Positions 27,951 to 35,280 of a DNA stretch of 42,722 nt are shown here, one piece after another (the stretch's first letter is position 1; every line of letters begins with the position of its first letter). A program made the translations under genes and the position numbers. The stretch lies in IMG/VR virus record IMGVR_UViG_3300020161_000877, positions 1 through 42,722 of that record, one strand, 5' to 3'. This stretch comes from a virus. Lineage: Duplodnaviria; Caudoviricetes. The notes under the pieces were generated by a model. That model made no database searches. It was not told where the DNA came from and saw only the letters and a list, made by a program, of their open reading frames with translations.

Positions 27951-27979
27951 TGCGATGCGTCAGCATCGCATCGTTTTTT
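27951..27979. terminator. Hairpin just upstream of tRNA-Thr (terminator-like on the + strand, or a processing signal)
   Basis: TGCGATGC-GTCA-GCATCGCA followed by TCGTTTTTT on the + strand. Confidence 0.4.
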
Positions 27980-27981
27980 CG

Positions 27982-28227
27982 TTACCAAGCCTTGCAAGAC
28001 CAATATCTTGCAGAAGTTTTGTCTTTTGCCGTGGCACACTTGTGTCTGGCACGGAAAGATTTGCGTCTGGCGGGGATGTTTTTCTTAATGCTCATATTCG
28101 GGTCACCGAAACGAACAATTTTTGCCTTACCTCCCTTGCCAGCGACATAGACGGCTGACTTCTTCGGGCCGCTCGGAGTACGAAACGGTCTATTGAGTGT
28201 AACTTTTTTACCTTTGTATGTAGCCAT
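27982..28227 (-). CDS. Small basic phage protein
   Basis: 81 aa; KIVRFGDPNM...RRKSFRARH.C...SARYWSC..W is a pattern I recognise from many phage head modules. Confidence 0.75.
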   Translation of the reverse strand: MATYKGKKVTLNRPFRTPSGPKKSAVYVAGKGGKAKIVRFGDPNMSIKKNIPARRKSFRARHKCATAKDKTSARYWSCKAW

Positions 28228-28379
28228 TATTGCTTCTTGCAGTCGCAGTTGCAGTTTTTCTTAGACTTTTTCTTGTGTTCACCCGCTTCTGACATCTCCT
28301 GCTTCTCATAAGCAGGTACGCCAAGCGATTTGTGAAGTTCTTTATTTGAGTCTGAGAATTTGGTCTTGGGCTTTTTCAT
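28227..28379 (-). CDS. Small Lys-rich protein, 50 aa
   Basis: MKKPKTKFSDSNKELHKSLGVPAYEKQEMSEAGEHKKKSKKNCNCDCKKQ; TAATG coupling to the next gene. Not in the ORF track. Confidence 0.6.
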   Translation of the reverse strand: MKKPKTKFSDSNKELHKSLGVPAYEKQEMSEAGEHKKKSKKNCNCDCKKQ

Positions 28380-28848
28380 AAGATTTAAAATACGGTAATC
28401 TGACAGTATGCTTCAATGACTTTGAATCAACAACGACATATGAATGTTTTGGATAGTTTCTACTATCTCTGCATCTTGTCAAGACTTTAAAGCCAGTTTC
28501 GTGTTCTACCATCAGACAAGTATTGTTTTTATAGTTGTTGTTAACCACCTTGCCGACCCAATTGGTGTTTTGTACAGACTTATCAAACTGACCCTTGGTC
28601 ATTAATGTCCAAGGCTTGGACTCTCGCTCCATTTCCTGCCACTGTTGCTTAGTTTCTAAATAATATTTAAGGTATACTAGCCCAGAGTCAGTCCAATACA
28701 CCGTCCGCAGATGCTCGGGCTTATTAGAGTCCTCTCTGTACCACAAAATACCTAAATCGTGCTTGTCACGGATGACATTGCGTATGGTCTTCAACTCATC
28801 CCTGCTCAAATTCAATTGAACAGCCAAATCCTTCTCCTTTGTGTCCAT
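28342..28848 (-). CDS. Hypothetical protein, first gene of the late operon (possible N-terminal HTH)
   Basis: 168 aa; EKDLAVQLNLSRDELKTIR is HTH-like. Confidence 0.6.
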   Translation of the reverse strand: MDTKEKDLAVQLNLSRDELKTIRNVIRDKHDLGILWYREDSNKPEHLRTVYWTDSGLVYLKYYLETKQQWQEMERESKPWTLMTKGQFDKSVQNTNWVGKVVNNNYKNNTCLMVEHETGFKVLTRCRDSRNYPKHSYVVVDSKSLKHTVRLPYFKSYEKAQDQILRLK

Positions 28849-28883
28849 ATATCGACCAAAACCAAAGAAATCGATATGTCAAC

Positions 28884-28991
28884 CCTATTATGTATACTCT
28901 ATTCTATCTACTATACTATATGGGTGAAATTCATTGCACCCACCTAGGGAAATCTATTGCACCCCCCTAGGAAATACATTTCACCCCCCCC
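28884..28991 (-). repeat. Origin-like element 2: three iterons plus AT-rich tract
   Basis: GGGTGAAAT-GT-ATTTCCTAG, GGGTGCAAT-AG-ATTTCCCTA and GGGTGCAAT-GA-ATTTCACCC at 22-23 bp period, then ATATAGTATAGTAGATAG...; homologous to 37262-37366. Confidence 0.8.
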
Positions 28992-29142
28992 TTTTAGCAC
29001 AAAAACATACAAAAAACCGAATTTCATCAGTTCTACCTTGACAAGTTCACTATAAAACCCCCTAATAACCCCCGCCTGTGACAACTTGATATTGCCTTTT
29101 GCCCTAAATAGTGTGCAAGTGTATCCGTTGCAGAGTGCTGAT

Positions 29143-29195
29143 AAAGAAGCGGATTGGCGTCCCCCCCGCCCGTAGGCGAGAGGAACGCTTTCTCC
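29143..29195 (-). terminator. Strong RNA hairpin/terminator at the end of the early block
   Basis: GCGTTCCTCTCGCC-TACG-GGCGGGGGGGACGC: 14 bp with three G-U pairs and a cUACGg loop, followed by CTTCTTTAT. Confidence 0.6.
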
Positions 29196-29221
29196 GTGAT
29201 GCCGTGACTGCCGTGACGCAT

Positions 29222-29284
29222 TCACTTGCCGTGAAGCACTCGCACAGCGGCGAGCATCATCAGCAGCAGGATGAAGGCGGTCAC
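29222..29284 (-). CDS. 20-aa hydrophobic peptide
   Basis: GTG overlaps the upstream TGA (GTGA); MTAFILLLMMLAAVRVLHGK; GC3-rich codons. Confidence 0.45.
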   Translation of the reverse strand: MTAFILLLMMLAAVRVLHGK

Positions 29285-29667
29285 TTGGTCTTGATGAACG
29301 GCGTGATGAGACCCTGCAGGTCGGCGATGTTCCGCACGGTCTTCATCGAGGCGACGGCGGCCTTGATGAGTTTGTCGGCGTTGACCTTGGACTTGCCGCC
29401 AGCGGTGACGATGGCGAGGGCCGAACCGTACGCACGACCGTGACCGCCTTCGGTGGCGGCGGCCTTGGCATCCTTGGCGACCTGCACCAGCGTCTCGACC
29501 GCCGTGGCGTTGGCGGCGAGCCACGCGAGGGCGTGACCGAGTTCGACCTTGGTCGAGTCGAGGCGACCGTCAGCGTTCTCGAACGCCTTGGTCTTGGTGC
29601 GGAGGTTGCGGGTGATGGAGGCGAACTCCGTGGCGGTGACCTTGCGGTCGTTCTTCTTCTGGCTCAT
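29281..29667 (-). CDS. Early basic Ala/Lys/Thr-rich helical protein
   Basis: 128 aa, extreme GC3 bias, own extended -10 promoter and A/C-rich leader. Confidence 0.8.
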   Translation of the reverse strand: MSQKKNDRKVTATEFASITRNLRTKTKAFENADGRLDSTKVELGHALAWLAANATAVETLVQVAKDAKAAATEGGHGRAYGSALAIVTAGGKSKVNADKLIKAAVASMKTVRNIADLQGLITPFIKTK

Positions 29668-29738
29668 GTTGTTTGTGTGGGTGAGGAGACTCGCAGAGGG
29701 GCGACCAGAGTGGCCGCTTGTCCTCGCTCATCCCCTAC

Positions 29739-29854
29739 ACTTTAATTATAGCACCCTTTCTGGGTGGGTCTTGGGAAGGTAGGAGGCGGCCCTGTCGCCA
29801 GAGCCGCCCGATGCAAGTTTCCGCTCTGAAACCTGACCGCAGAGCGTGACTTTT
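29739..29854 (-). promoter_or_regulatory. Early promoter module P2 (extended -10 plus upstream box)
   Basis: TGCTATAAT at 29753-29745; upstream box at 29826-29854 shared with P1. Confidence 0.7.
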
Positions 29855-29916
29855 ATCGTATTTTTATTTCCTGTTCATCGTGCGTATTACAGCCACGGCG
29901 AATAGCAGGGCGAATG

Positions 29917-30330
29917 CTACTTCGATGGGTGACGGCATAGCGGCACACGGACAGACAGCCGACTGATGTCATCCTTTTCGGCTCGTTTGATGAAGCACCT
30001 GTTGTAGTATGCATCCCACTTGGTGCGGGTGAGGTGGGATACATTGGTTGTAAGACCCCAATAGGTGATGACATCAGCCAGTTGCAGTCTGTATGCAACT
30101 TCACCCTCATAGATATGAGGGCTGGTATGGAACAGGTCGATGAGTGCGATGCGTCTGGCACACTCAATCAACTTGTCGTCAGTCATCTGACCAGTTAGGT
30201 CGTGCTGGAGCACCATCTGATAATAGACAAACGACTCGGCACGAGGATGCCAGTACAGTTTGCCATCGTCTTTGGTGTACTCGATGAGGGAGCGGTCGAC
30301 ACCCTTGGCGAACTCAAAGTTGAGGGGCAT
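29917..30330 (-). CDS. Early hypothetical protein
   Basis: 137 aa starting MPLNFEF, 7 nt after the upstream stop. Confidence 0.7.
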   Translation of the reverse strand: MPLNFEFAKGVDRSLIEYTKDDGKLYWHPRAESFVYYQMVLQHDLTGQMTDDKLIECARRIALIDLFHTSPHIYEGEVAYRLQLADVITYWGLTTNVSHLTRTKWDAYYNRCFIKRAEKDDISRLSVRVPLCRHPSK

Positions 30331-30337
30331 AGGAGTA

Positions 30338-30742
30338 TTACCACCAGCAATGGTAGTAGATTTCGTAGCCCTCGTCCAAGAGGTGCAGGGATTGTCTGAT
30401 GAAGTCCTTGTCGTTGGCGATGTCTTCCTCTTGGGTCTGACCCCAGAAGAAACCTTCGCCACGCTCCGCATAGCCGTTGTTCTCGTCGAGATGATTCTGC
30501 AAGGCGAGCAGGTCGTCTTTGACAAGCACGAGCGGGATGCAGTTGAAGACATCCAGACCACCCTTGCGTTGATAGAGGTCGGTCATCCACTTGTTGAGGT
30601 CGGCGTGTTTACGCCAGTACTGAATGTGGATACGACCGTCCTCCAGTTGAGCGAGTTCCTCATCGGTCAGTTCTCGCTCCGTGATGTGTGACAGGTGGGC
30701 AACCTTCGGTTCGACAGCCCAAGCGTTCTGGTCTAGTCCCAT
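30338..30742 (-). CDS. Conserved phage hypothetical protein (MGLDQ...YWRKH...FNC...GFFWG...YY..WW type)
   Basis: Recognisable motif series; 134 aa. Confidence 0.75.
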   Translation of the reverse strand: MGLDQNAWAVEPKVAHLSHITERELTDEELAQLEDGRIHIQYWRKHADLNKWMTDLYQRKGGLDVFNCIPLVLVKDDLLALQNHLDENNGYAERGEGFFWGQTQEEDIANDKDFIRQSLHLLDEGYEIYYHCWW

Positions 30743-30750
30743 AGGGAAAA

Positions 30751-30790
30751 GAGCGGGACGCACCACCTTGCGATGATGCGTCCCTTGCTC
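30751..30790 (-). promoter_or_regulatory. Intergenic hairpin with GNRA loop (terminator/processing site)
   Basis: GAGC-AA-GGGACGCATCATC-GCAA-GGTGGTGCGTCCC-GCTC-TTTT. Confidence 0.6.
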
Positions 30791-30791
30791 G

Positions 30792-31718
30792 TTAGTTATG
30801 AGACGCTGGGGTCACCAGCGACAGGTACTCGTTCTCGTTGACGGACGCACCTCGGATGGCGGACAGGATGTTGTGTCCAGTCCTCTGTGTCATCTCGTAC
30901 TTGCCAACACCGTAGTTGTGCGTGAGCACTTGGGTGTGGGCATTGTAGAAGTTCCACAGGTTGCGAGCCTCGTCCTCACGATAGGTCGGGTTAGCCCAGA
31001 CATCGGTGACGCTCTTGGCGAAACGCTCGGCATAGATGCCACGCTTCGTGAGGTTATCGATGATGGTGTAGCCTTCCTGTTGGCTGATGCTGGTGTTGGC
31101 GAGCCTGTTCCAGACACCGTTCAACTCGCTCCACTCCTGCATAGCCTGTTGCAGGACATTCGTCACGAACTGCGGCGACACATTGGTGGTGTGTCGGACA
31201 GACATCGACAAGTCCTGTCGGAACGAGGTCATACCGTTGGTGCAGACGAGACGGACAGCACCGACGCTGATGCTCGACTTGCTAGTGCCATCGAACGAGT
31301 TACGAGCGATGATACGCAAGGCAACCGTGTCACCCTTGGCAGGTTGAGCGGTGCGAGTGTTGAACTCGTACTCGATATGCGAGCGAGCACCCCAGCGAGT
31401 CACGATGGACTCACGGTCGGTGAACTCCATACCAAGAGCCTTGAAGCCGCCTTCGACAGCATTGGTGAAGTCGGCATTCTGCACGATGCCGTAGCGGTCA
31501 GAGGTGACACCGATGATGACACCAGTATCAGTTCGCTGGTTACCCCAAGCGTTTGCAGGCTTGCCGTCCGCTGTGTAGAGCGGGACGGACTTGACTGCGT
31601 ATGCGTGGGCTTCTGAGCCAGAAGAAACCTTCTGGCCGTAGGAGCGAGCGACTTGCGTCTCGCTCTCGTATTGCTGACGGATGATGGAGAGGTCAGCACT
31701 CTCGATGTCGTGAGACAT
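30792..31718 (-). CDS. DUF932/LGT_TIGR03299-like protein
   Basis: RTDTG.IIGVTSDRY..VQN, NSFDGTS, RLVCTNGM, RHT and NLW.FYNA.T motifs. Confidence 0.8.
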   Translation of the reverse strand: MSHDIESADLSIIRQQYESETQVARSYGQKVSSGSEAHAYAVKSVPLYTADGKPANAWGNQRTDTGVIIGVTSDRYGIVQNADFTNAVEGGFKALGMEFTDRESIVTRWGARSHIEYEFNTRTAQPAKGDTVALRIIARNSFDGTSKSSISVGAVRLVCTNGMTSFRQDLSMSVRHTTNVSPQFVTNVLQQAMQEWSELNGVWNRLANTSISQQEGYTIIDNLTKRGIYAERFAKSVTDVWANPTYREDEARNLWNFYNAHTQVLTHNYGVGKYEMTQRTGHNILSAIRGASVNENEYLSLVTPASHN

Positions 31719-31737
31719 ATGTTTTTTTTGGGTTGGT

Positions 31738-31772
31738 TTCGGGGCTACTTGCGGGATTGCTTTCGCCCCAAA
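31738..31772 (-). promoter_or_regulatory. Leader RNA motif copy 2 (GAAA/AAGUA internal loop)
   Basis: TTTGGGGC-GAAA-GC-AATCCC-GC-AAGTA-GCCCCGAA. Confidence 0.55.
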
Positions 31773-31782
31773 GGGTTAGAGG

Positions 31783-32115
31783 TTAGGAGGACAGGTGTTT
31801 GGACTTGGCCTCAAGGATAGCGTCTTCGTTCCAAGTAGGAGTGATACCTTCTGGCGGCCTGTAAGAGCCGTCATTAGCCATCACATCCTCAAGCCAACGC
31901 ATACCCCAGTTGAGGCGGGGGACTGCGAACTTGGGAATGTCTTCGCTGTGGATGTAGAACAGGAGGTCAGTCCTGTCGCTGTTGATGCGGTGCTCGCCAA
32001 TCAACTTGATGCGAACATCAAAGTTTTCGGTGGCGAAATCCTGCAAGTCCTGCTCGGTGTTGTCTCCGAACAGCGTGTGAGGCCACACCACCACCTGCGT
32101 GAAGGCGTTAGACAT
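31783..32115 (-). CDS. Early hypothetical protein
   Basis: 110 aa starting MSNAFTQVVVWP, overlapping the upstream stop. Confidence 0.7.
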   Translation of the reverse strand: MSNAFTQVVVWPHTLFGDNTEQDLQDFATENFDVRIKLIGEHRINSDRTDLLFYIHSEDIPKFAVPRLNWGMRWLEDVMANDGSYRPPEGITPTWNEDAILEAKSKHLSS

Positions 32116-32953
32116 TGCGGTCGTCCTCGCTCTTGGTGTTGGTGATTTCCTCGTACGAGGCTCGCACCATTTCCGTGATGACGGACTTGACGCAATGTGC
32201 GACAAGGTTGTGAAACCAGATGTCGAACTCGGGGCCGAACCTTTCGTTCAGCCTGTTGCCCAACATCTCATCCAACTTGGCGACGATGGCATCGTCAATT
32301 GCGTTGGAGTAGTTGCCTTCCTCGTTGTTGCGTACGGAGGTGAGCGTGTCCTTGAAGATGCGGGTCACATCCTCACGCATCTTCTGCTCAAACCAATCAC
32401 GCTTGAGTTCGCCGATGACCATATCGGACAAATCCTCACGAGTGACGAGGTCATCGTCAGACATATGCTCCGACTTGAGCATCACATCATCGAGGTCGAT
32501 GTCGTGATTGGTGACGAGTTCGTTGTCGGACACGATGGTATCCCAGTCGAGTTTCTCGGCGACCTTCTCGGCGACTTTGTCCCAATCGATGGAGTCACGC
32601 AGGGTGTAGTCCCAGTCTTGGTTGTTCATCCAAGAGTCACAGGCATCATCGATGAGACTGCCGTTGTTGATGCACGACTCGACAGCGTCATCGAGGTCGT
32701 TGGTCTTGACGAAGTCGAGGTCGTCAGCCCAGTTGGCAAGCCACACCATCACGCTCTTGGAGATGAGCGTGTCGAGGTGTTGCTTGAGCAACACGCTGTC
32801 TGGCGTGATGCTGACTTCGTGCATAGACAGCATCGTGTTGAGACGAGTGACCTCGTGCTCGAGATGCTGGAGACGCATCTCCGTATCCGTTTGGGGAGCG
32901 GGAGAGAACATCTTGATGAAGTTGCTGATGAAGCAACGGATTGCGGTGAACAT
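32108..32953 (-). CDS. Early highly acidic helical protein
   Basis: 281 aa, Asp/Glu-rich with DWD and DDLV repeats; long A/C-rich leader. Confidence 0.75.
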   Translation of the reverse strand: MFTAIRCFISNFIKMFSPAPQTDTEMRLQHLEHEVTRLNTMLSMHEVSITPDSVLLKQHLDTLISKSVMVWLANWADDLDFVKTNDLDDAVESCINNGSLIDDACDSWMNNQDWDYTLRDSIDWDKVAEKVAEKLDWDTIVSDNELVTNHDIDLDDVMLKSEHMSDDDLVTREDLSDMVIGELKRDWFEQKMREDVTRIFKDTLTSVRNNEEGNYSNAIDDAIVAKLDEMLGNRLNERFGPEFDIWFHNLVAHCVKSVITEMVRASYEEITNTKSEDDRNV

Positions 32954-32988
32954 AGTTGTATTGTATGTTGGTTGTTGGTTGGTGGTTA

Positions 32989-33042
32989 GTGATTCGGGTG
33001 TTACTTGCCTGTTGGTTTGTATCGGCTTTCACACCCTATCAC
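32989..33042 (-). promoter_or_regulatory. Leader RNA motif copy 1 (GAAA/AAGUA internal loop)
   Basis: GTGAT-A-GGGTGT-GAAA-GCC-14 nt loop-GGC-AAGTA-ACACCC-GA-ATCAC. Confidence 0.55.
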
Positions 33043-33055
33043 GACAGGGATGACT

Positions 33056-33502
33056 CTACTGTTTCGTGGAGTCGGGTTTGGTGATGAACTCAAGGATGAG
33101 TTCACACACGCTGGAGCACATCGGGATGCGGTGCTTCCTGCAGTACGCCTTGAACGCCGTGTGGAGTTCCAGCGGCATAAGCATAGACCAAGTGCGGAGA
33201 CCGTTGCGGTCTCGGTACTGCTCTACGGCCTGTGTGCTCGCCTTCTTCTTGCGGCGTTCTTCCCAGTACTTCTTGAGACCTTCCTTCCGCTTCGATTCAA
33301 ACAGCGGGTCGCCGTTGATGATGCGGATTTGGTTGGCCTTGAACTTCTCAGCAACGCTTTGGGCGTTGTGAGTTACGGAGGTGACCTTCTTGGACACCTT
33401 GGTGCTCGACTTGACCTTGTTCGCATCGAGAGCCGAGTCGAGTCGGGTCTTGATGCTAACCCAGTTGGTTTTGGTCGTACTGGGAACGACGGGCTTACGC
33501 AT
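33056..33502 (-). CDS. Basic protein with a C-terminal ribbon-helix-helix DNA-binding domain
   Basis: RTWSMLMPLELHTAFKAYCRKHRIPMCSSVCELILEFI fits the Arc/ParG RHH pattern. Confidence 0.65.
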   Translation of the reverse strand: MRKPVVPSTTKTNWVSIKTRLDSALDANKVKSSTKVSKKVTSVTHNAQSVAEKFKANQIRIINGDPLFESKRKEGLKKYWEERRKKKASTQAVEQYRDRNGLRTWSMLMPLELHTAFKAYCRKHRIPMCSSVCELILEFITKPDSTKQ

Positions 33503-33619
33503 TAGCGTTATCTTTTTTCTCTTGGGGTTTGGTATCCGCAGAAGAGTCGTTCTCCTGCGAAAGTAAAAATGAGAGGAGCATTTCTTCGTGCTCTTCTTCC
33601 CACGAGGACAGTCGGCTCT

Positions 33620-34375
33620 TCACGACTGCACTCCCTTCTGCACGAACGATTGTTCGTGTGCGATGACTCCGACCGCTTTGCCTTTGGCACGGAGTCCGAT
33701 GATGTAGCCTCTGCCTAGCACAGGCTGGTTGAGGAAACGCAGGTCGTGCGTGTCACCGTCAACGACTTCGACACCCCAATGGTAATCGGGCAACGGCTGA
33801 TTGCGTTTGGTGTCGAACACGACAGCGACATTCACTCCGTTGTCCAAGCACCACATCGCATTGTTGGTGTCGCCACCGCCATACGAATAGGTGAGGTGAT
33901 AGTGGAGAGGAAGTTTGTTGTACTTCCAGTCGATGATGCGTTTCAAGTCCTTCGTGTAGTCGTAGAACTGGATGTCTGGATGCTTGTGCATCACGGACTG
34001 GATGTGCTCGTTCCACAGGTCGCTCGTGCCGTTGATGCGACAGGCGGGACGCAACTTACGCTTGAGGCGATGTTGCATTCTGTAGGTTAGGTTCTCGTGC
34101 GACAGGAGTTCCTTGTGAACCTTGTGCCAGAACTCTTCGGGGCGAGCGTTCATCCAGCGAGTCTTGCGGATGCGAGACTCTTGGATGTTCTTGAACACGC
34201 CACCAAGGCCAGCGGTGTTGAGGCACAACGCACGGCAAGTCGGCGTGGATTGCGGGCAGACATCGATGCCGTTGCCAGCGACCTTGCTGGGAGCAAGGTA
34301 AAGGATGGCAGTACGCCATCCGAACGCCTCGCCCTTGTGGGTCTTGGCGTTGGAGTAGTTGAACAGGGGGGACAT
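33620..34375 (-). CDS. GP88-family protein (radical-SAM-like)
   Basis: NAKT.KG, LYLAP, CP....TC...CL.TAG.G, RINGTSD, FYDYTK, YHLTYS, VAVVF, DGD.HDLRF and GLRAKG motifs. Confidence 0.75.
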   Translation of the reverse strand: MSPLFNYSNAKTHKGEAFGWRTAILYLAPSKVAGNGIDVCPQSTPTCRALCLNTAGLGGVFKNIQESRIRKTRWMNARPEEFWHKVHKELLSHENLTYRMQHRLKRKLRPACRINGTSDLWNEHIQSVMHKHPDIQFYDYTKDLKRIIDWKYNKLPLHYHLTYSYGGGDTNNAMWCLDNGVNVAVVFDTKRNQPLPDYHWGVEVVDGDTHDLRFLNQPVLGRGYIIGLRAKGKAVGVIAHEQSFVQKGVQS

Positions 34376-34448
34376 AGAGGTATGTAGTTTGGAGGTGTGG
34401 AGACATCGCACCCACGGTTGTCAGCCGTGGATGCAACGCTCGTTAGGT

Positions 34449-35015
34449 TCAGTAGTTCTTGGTGTCGTTGTCCTTCTTGGTGTCGATGTACTTGACGCAA
34501 CCGAACTGGTTGACCTCGTTGACATCGGCGACCGTGCTGGACTCCTCGACGACAGGGTCGTCGTTGGAGCACGACTCGGTGCGGAACTCCGTGATGCCGA
34601 CCTCCAACTGGCGGTTGAAGTCCAGCGTGAAGGCATCGCCCATCTTGCGGGTCTCCTCGTTCTGCTCGTCCGACTTGAGACGCTTGAAGCCAGACGAGTG
34701 GATACCGTACGCTTTGGCGAACAGGCTCGGGAGCACCTTGAGGAACTCGTATGCGGCGAGGCGGGCGAGTTCTTGCTTGGTGATGTCGAAGCGATGCATC
34801 CAGTCACCCGACTCCTTCGTGGTCACGAAGATGCTGGTGAAGATGAAATCGCTGTGCTTGTTCGCCACATCGAGGGCGGCCTTGACGAACATCAGGTTAC
34901 CTTCGTAGGTGCTGATGTTGGCGTACGGAGCGGTGTGAGTCCAGACGCAGGACGAGACGACCTCGACCTTGACGGCGTTCTGGAGGGTGAGCGTGAGCGA
35001 CTTGATGTTGCTCAT
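34449..35015 (-). CDS. First early gene, hypothetical protein
   Basis: 188 aa starting MSNIKSLTL after an AACCCAAAACCT leader; GC3-rich. Confidence 0.75.
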   Translation of the reverse strand: MSNIKSLTLTLQNAVKVEVVSSCVWTHTAPYANISTYEGNLMFVKAALDVANKHSDFIFTSIFVTTKESGDWMHRFDITKQELARLAAYEFLKVLPSLFAKAYGIHSSGFKRLKSDEQNEETRKMGDAFTLDFNRQLEVGITEFRTESCSNDDPVVEESSTVADVNEVNQFGCVKYIDTKKDNDTKNY

Positions 35016-35158
35016 AGGTTTTGGGTTCACGGTACTACACTCTGCATAGACCACCGTGCGTACGATGTGTTGGTTAGTACGCACAGCAGTTCCTGCCGCA
35101 CGACTACATTGTCGTACGCTTGCGGCCTAGTGGCACAGGGGCAGGGCTGTTCCCGCTT

Positions 35159-35274
35159 ACTTATATTTTACCACGAAAGTCTGATGGGTATGGGGTATGG
35201 ACACGGACACCTAACGCCCACGACTACCTGCCACCAACTACTATACTGACACCTTACCCCAGCGTGACCTTTTT
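35159..35274 (-). promoter_or_regulatory. Early promoter module P1 (extended -10 plus upstream box)
   Basis: TGGTAAAAT at 35173-35165; upstream box at 35246-35274 at the same distance as in P2. Confidence 0.7.
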
Positions 35275-35280
35275 GGGAAT

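Noticed and set aside
27818-28158. Short ORFs overlapping tRNA-Thr (and 41899-42198 overlapping tRNA-Ile)
   Set aside because: They are explained by the tRNA genes and adjacent real CDSs.
28920-28991. CRISPR or mini-CRISPR array
   Set aside because: The repeats abut at a 22-23-bp period with no spacers and match the initiator iterons.
29826-29842. LexA/SOS box
   Set aside because: The spacing is CTG-N11-CAG with a C-rich core, not CTG-N10-CAG with an AT-rich core.
30798-35249. Long + strand ORFs (30798-31616, 32099-32989, 34359-35249 and others)
   Set aside because: These are antisense shadows of GC3-biased - strand genes, with no motifs or leaders of their own.
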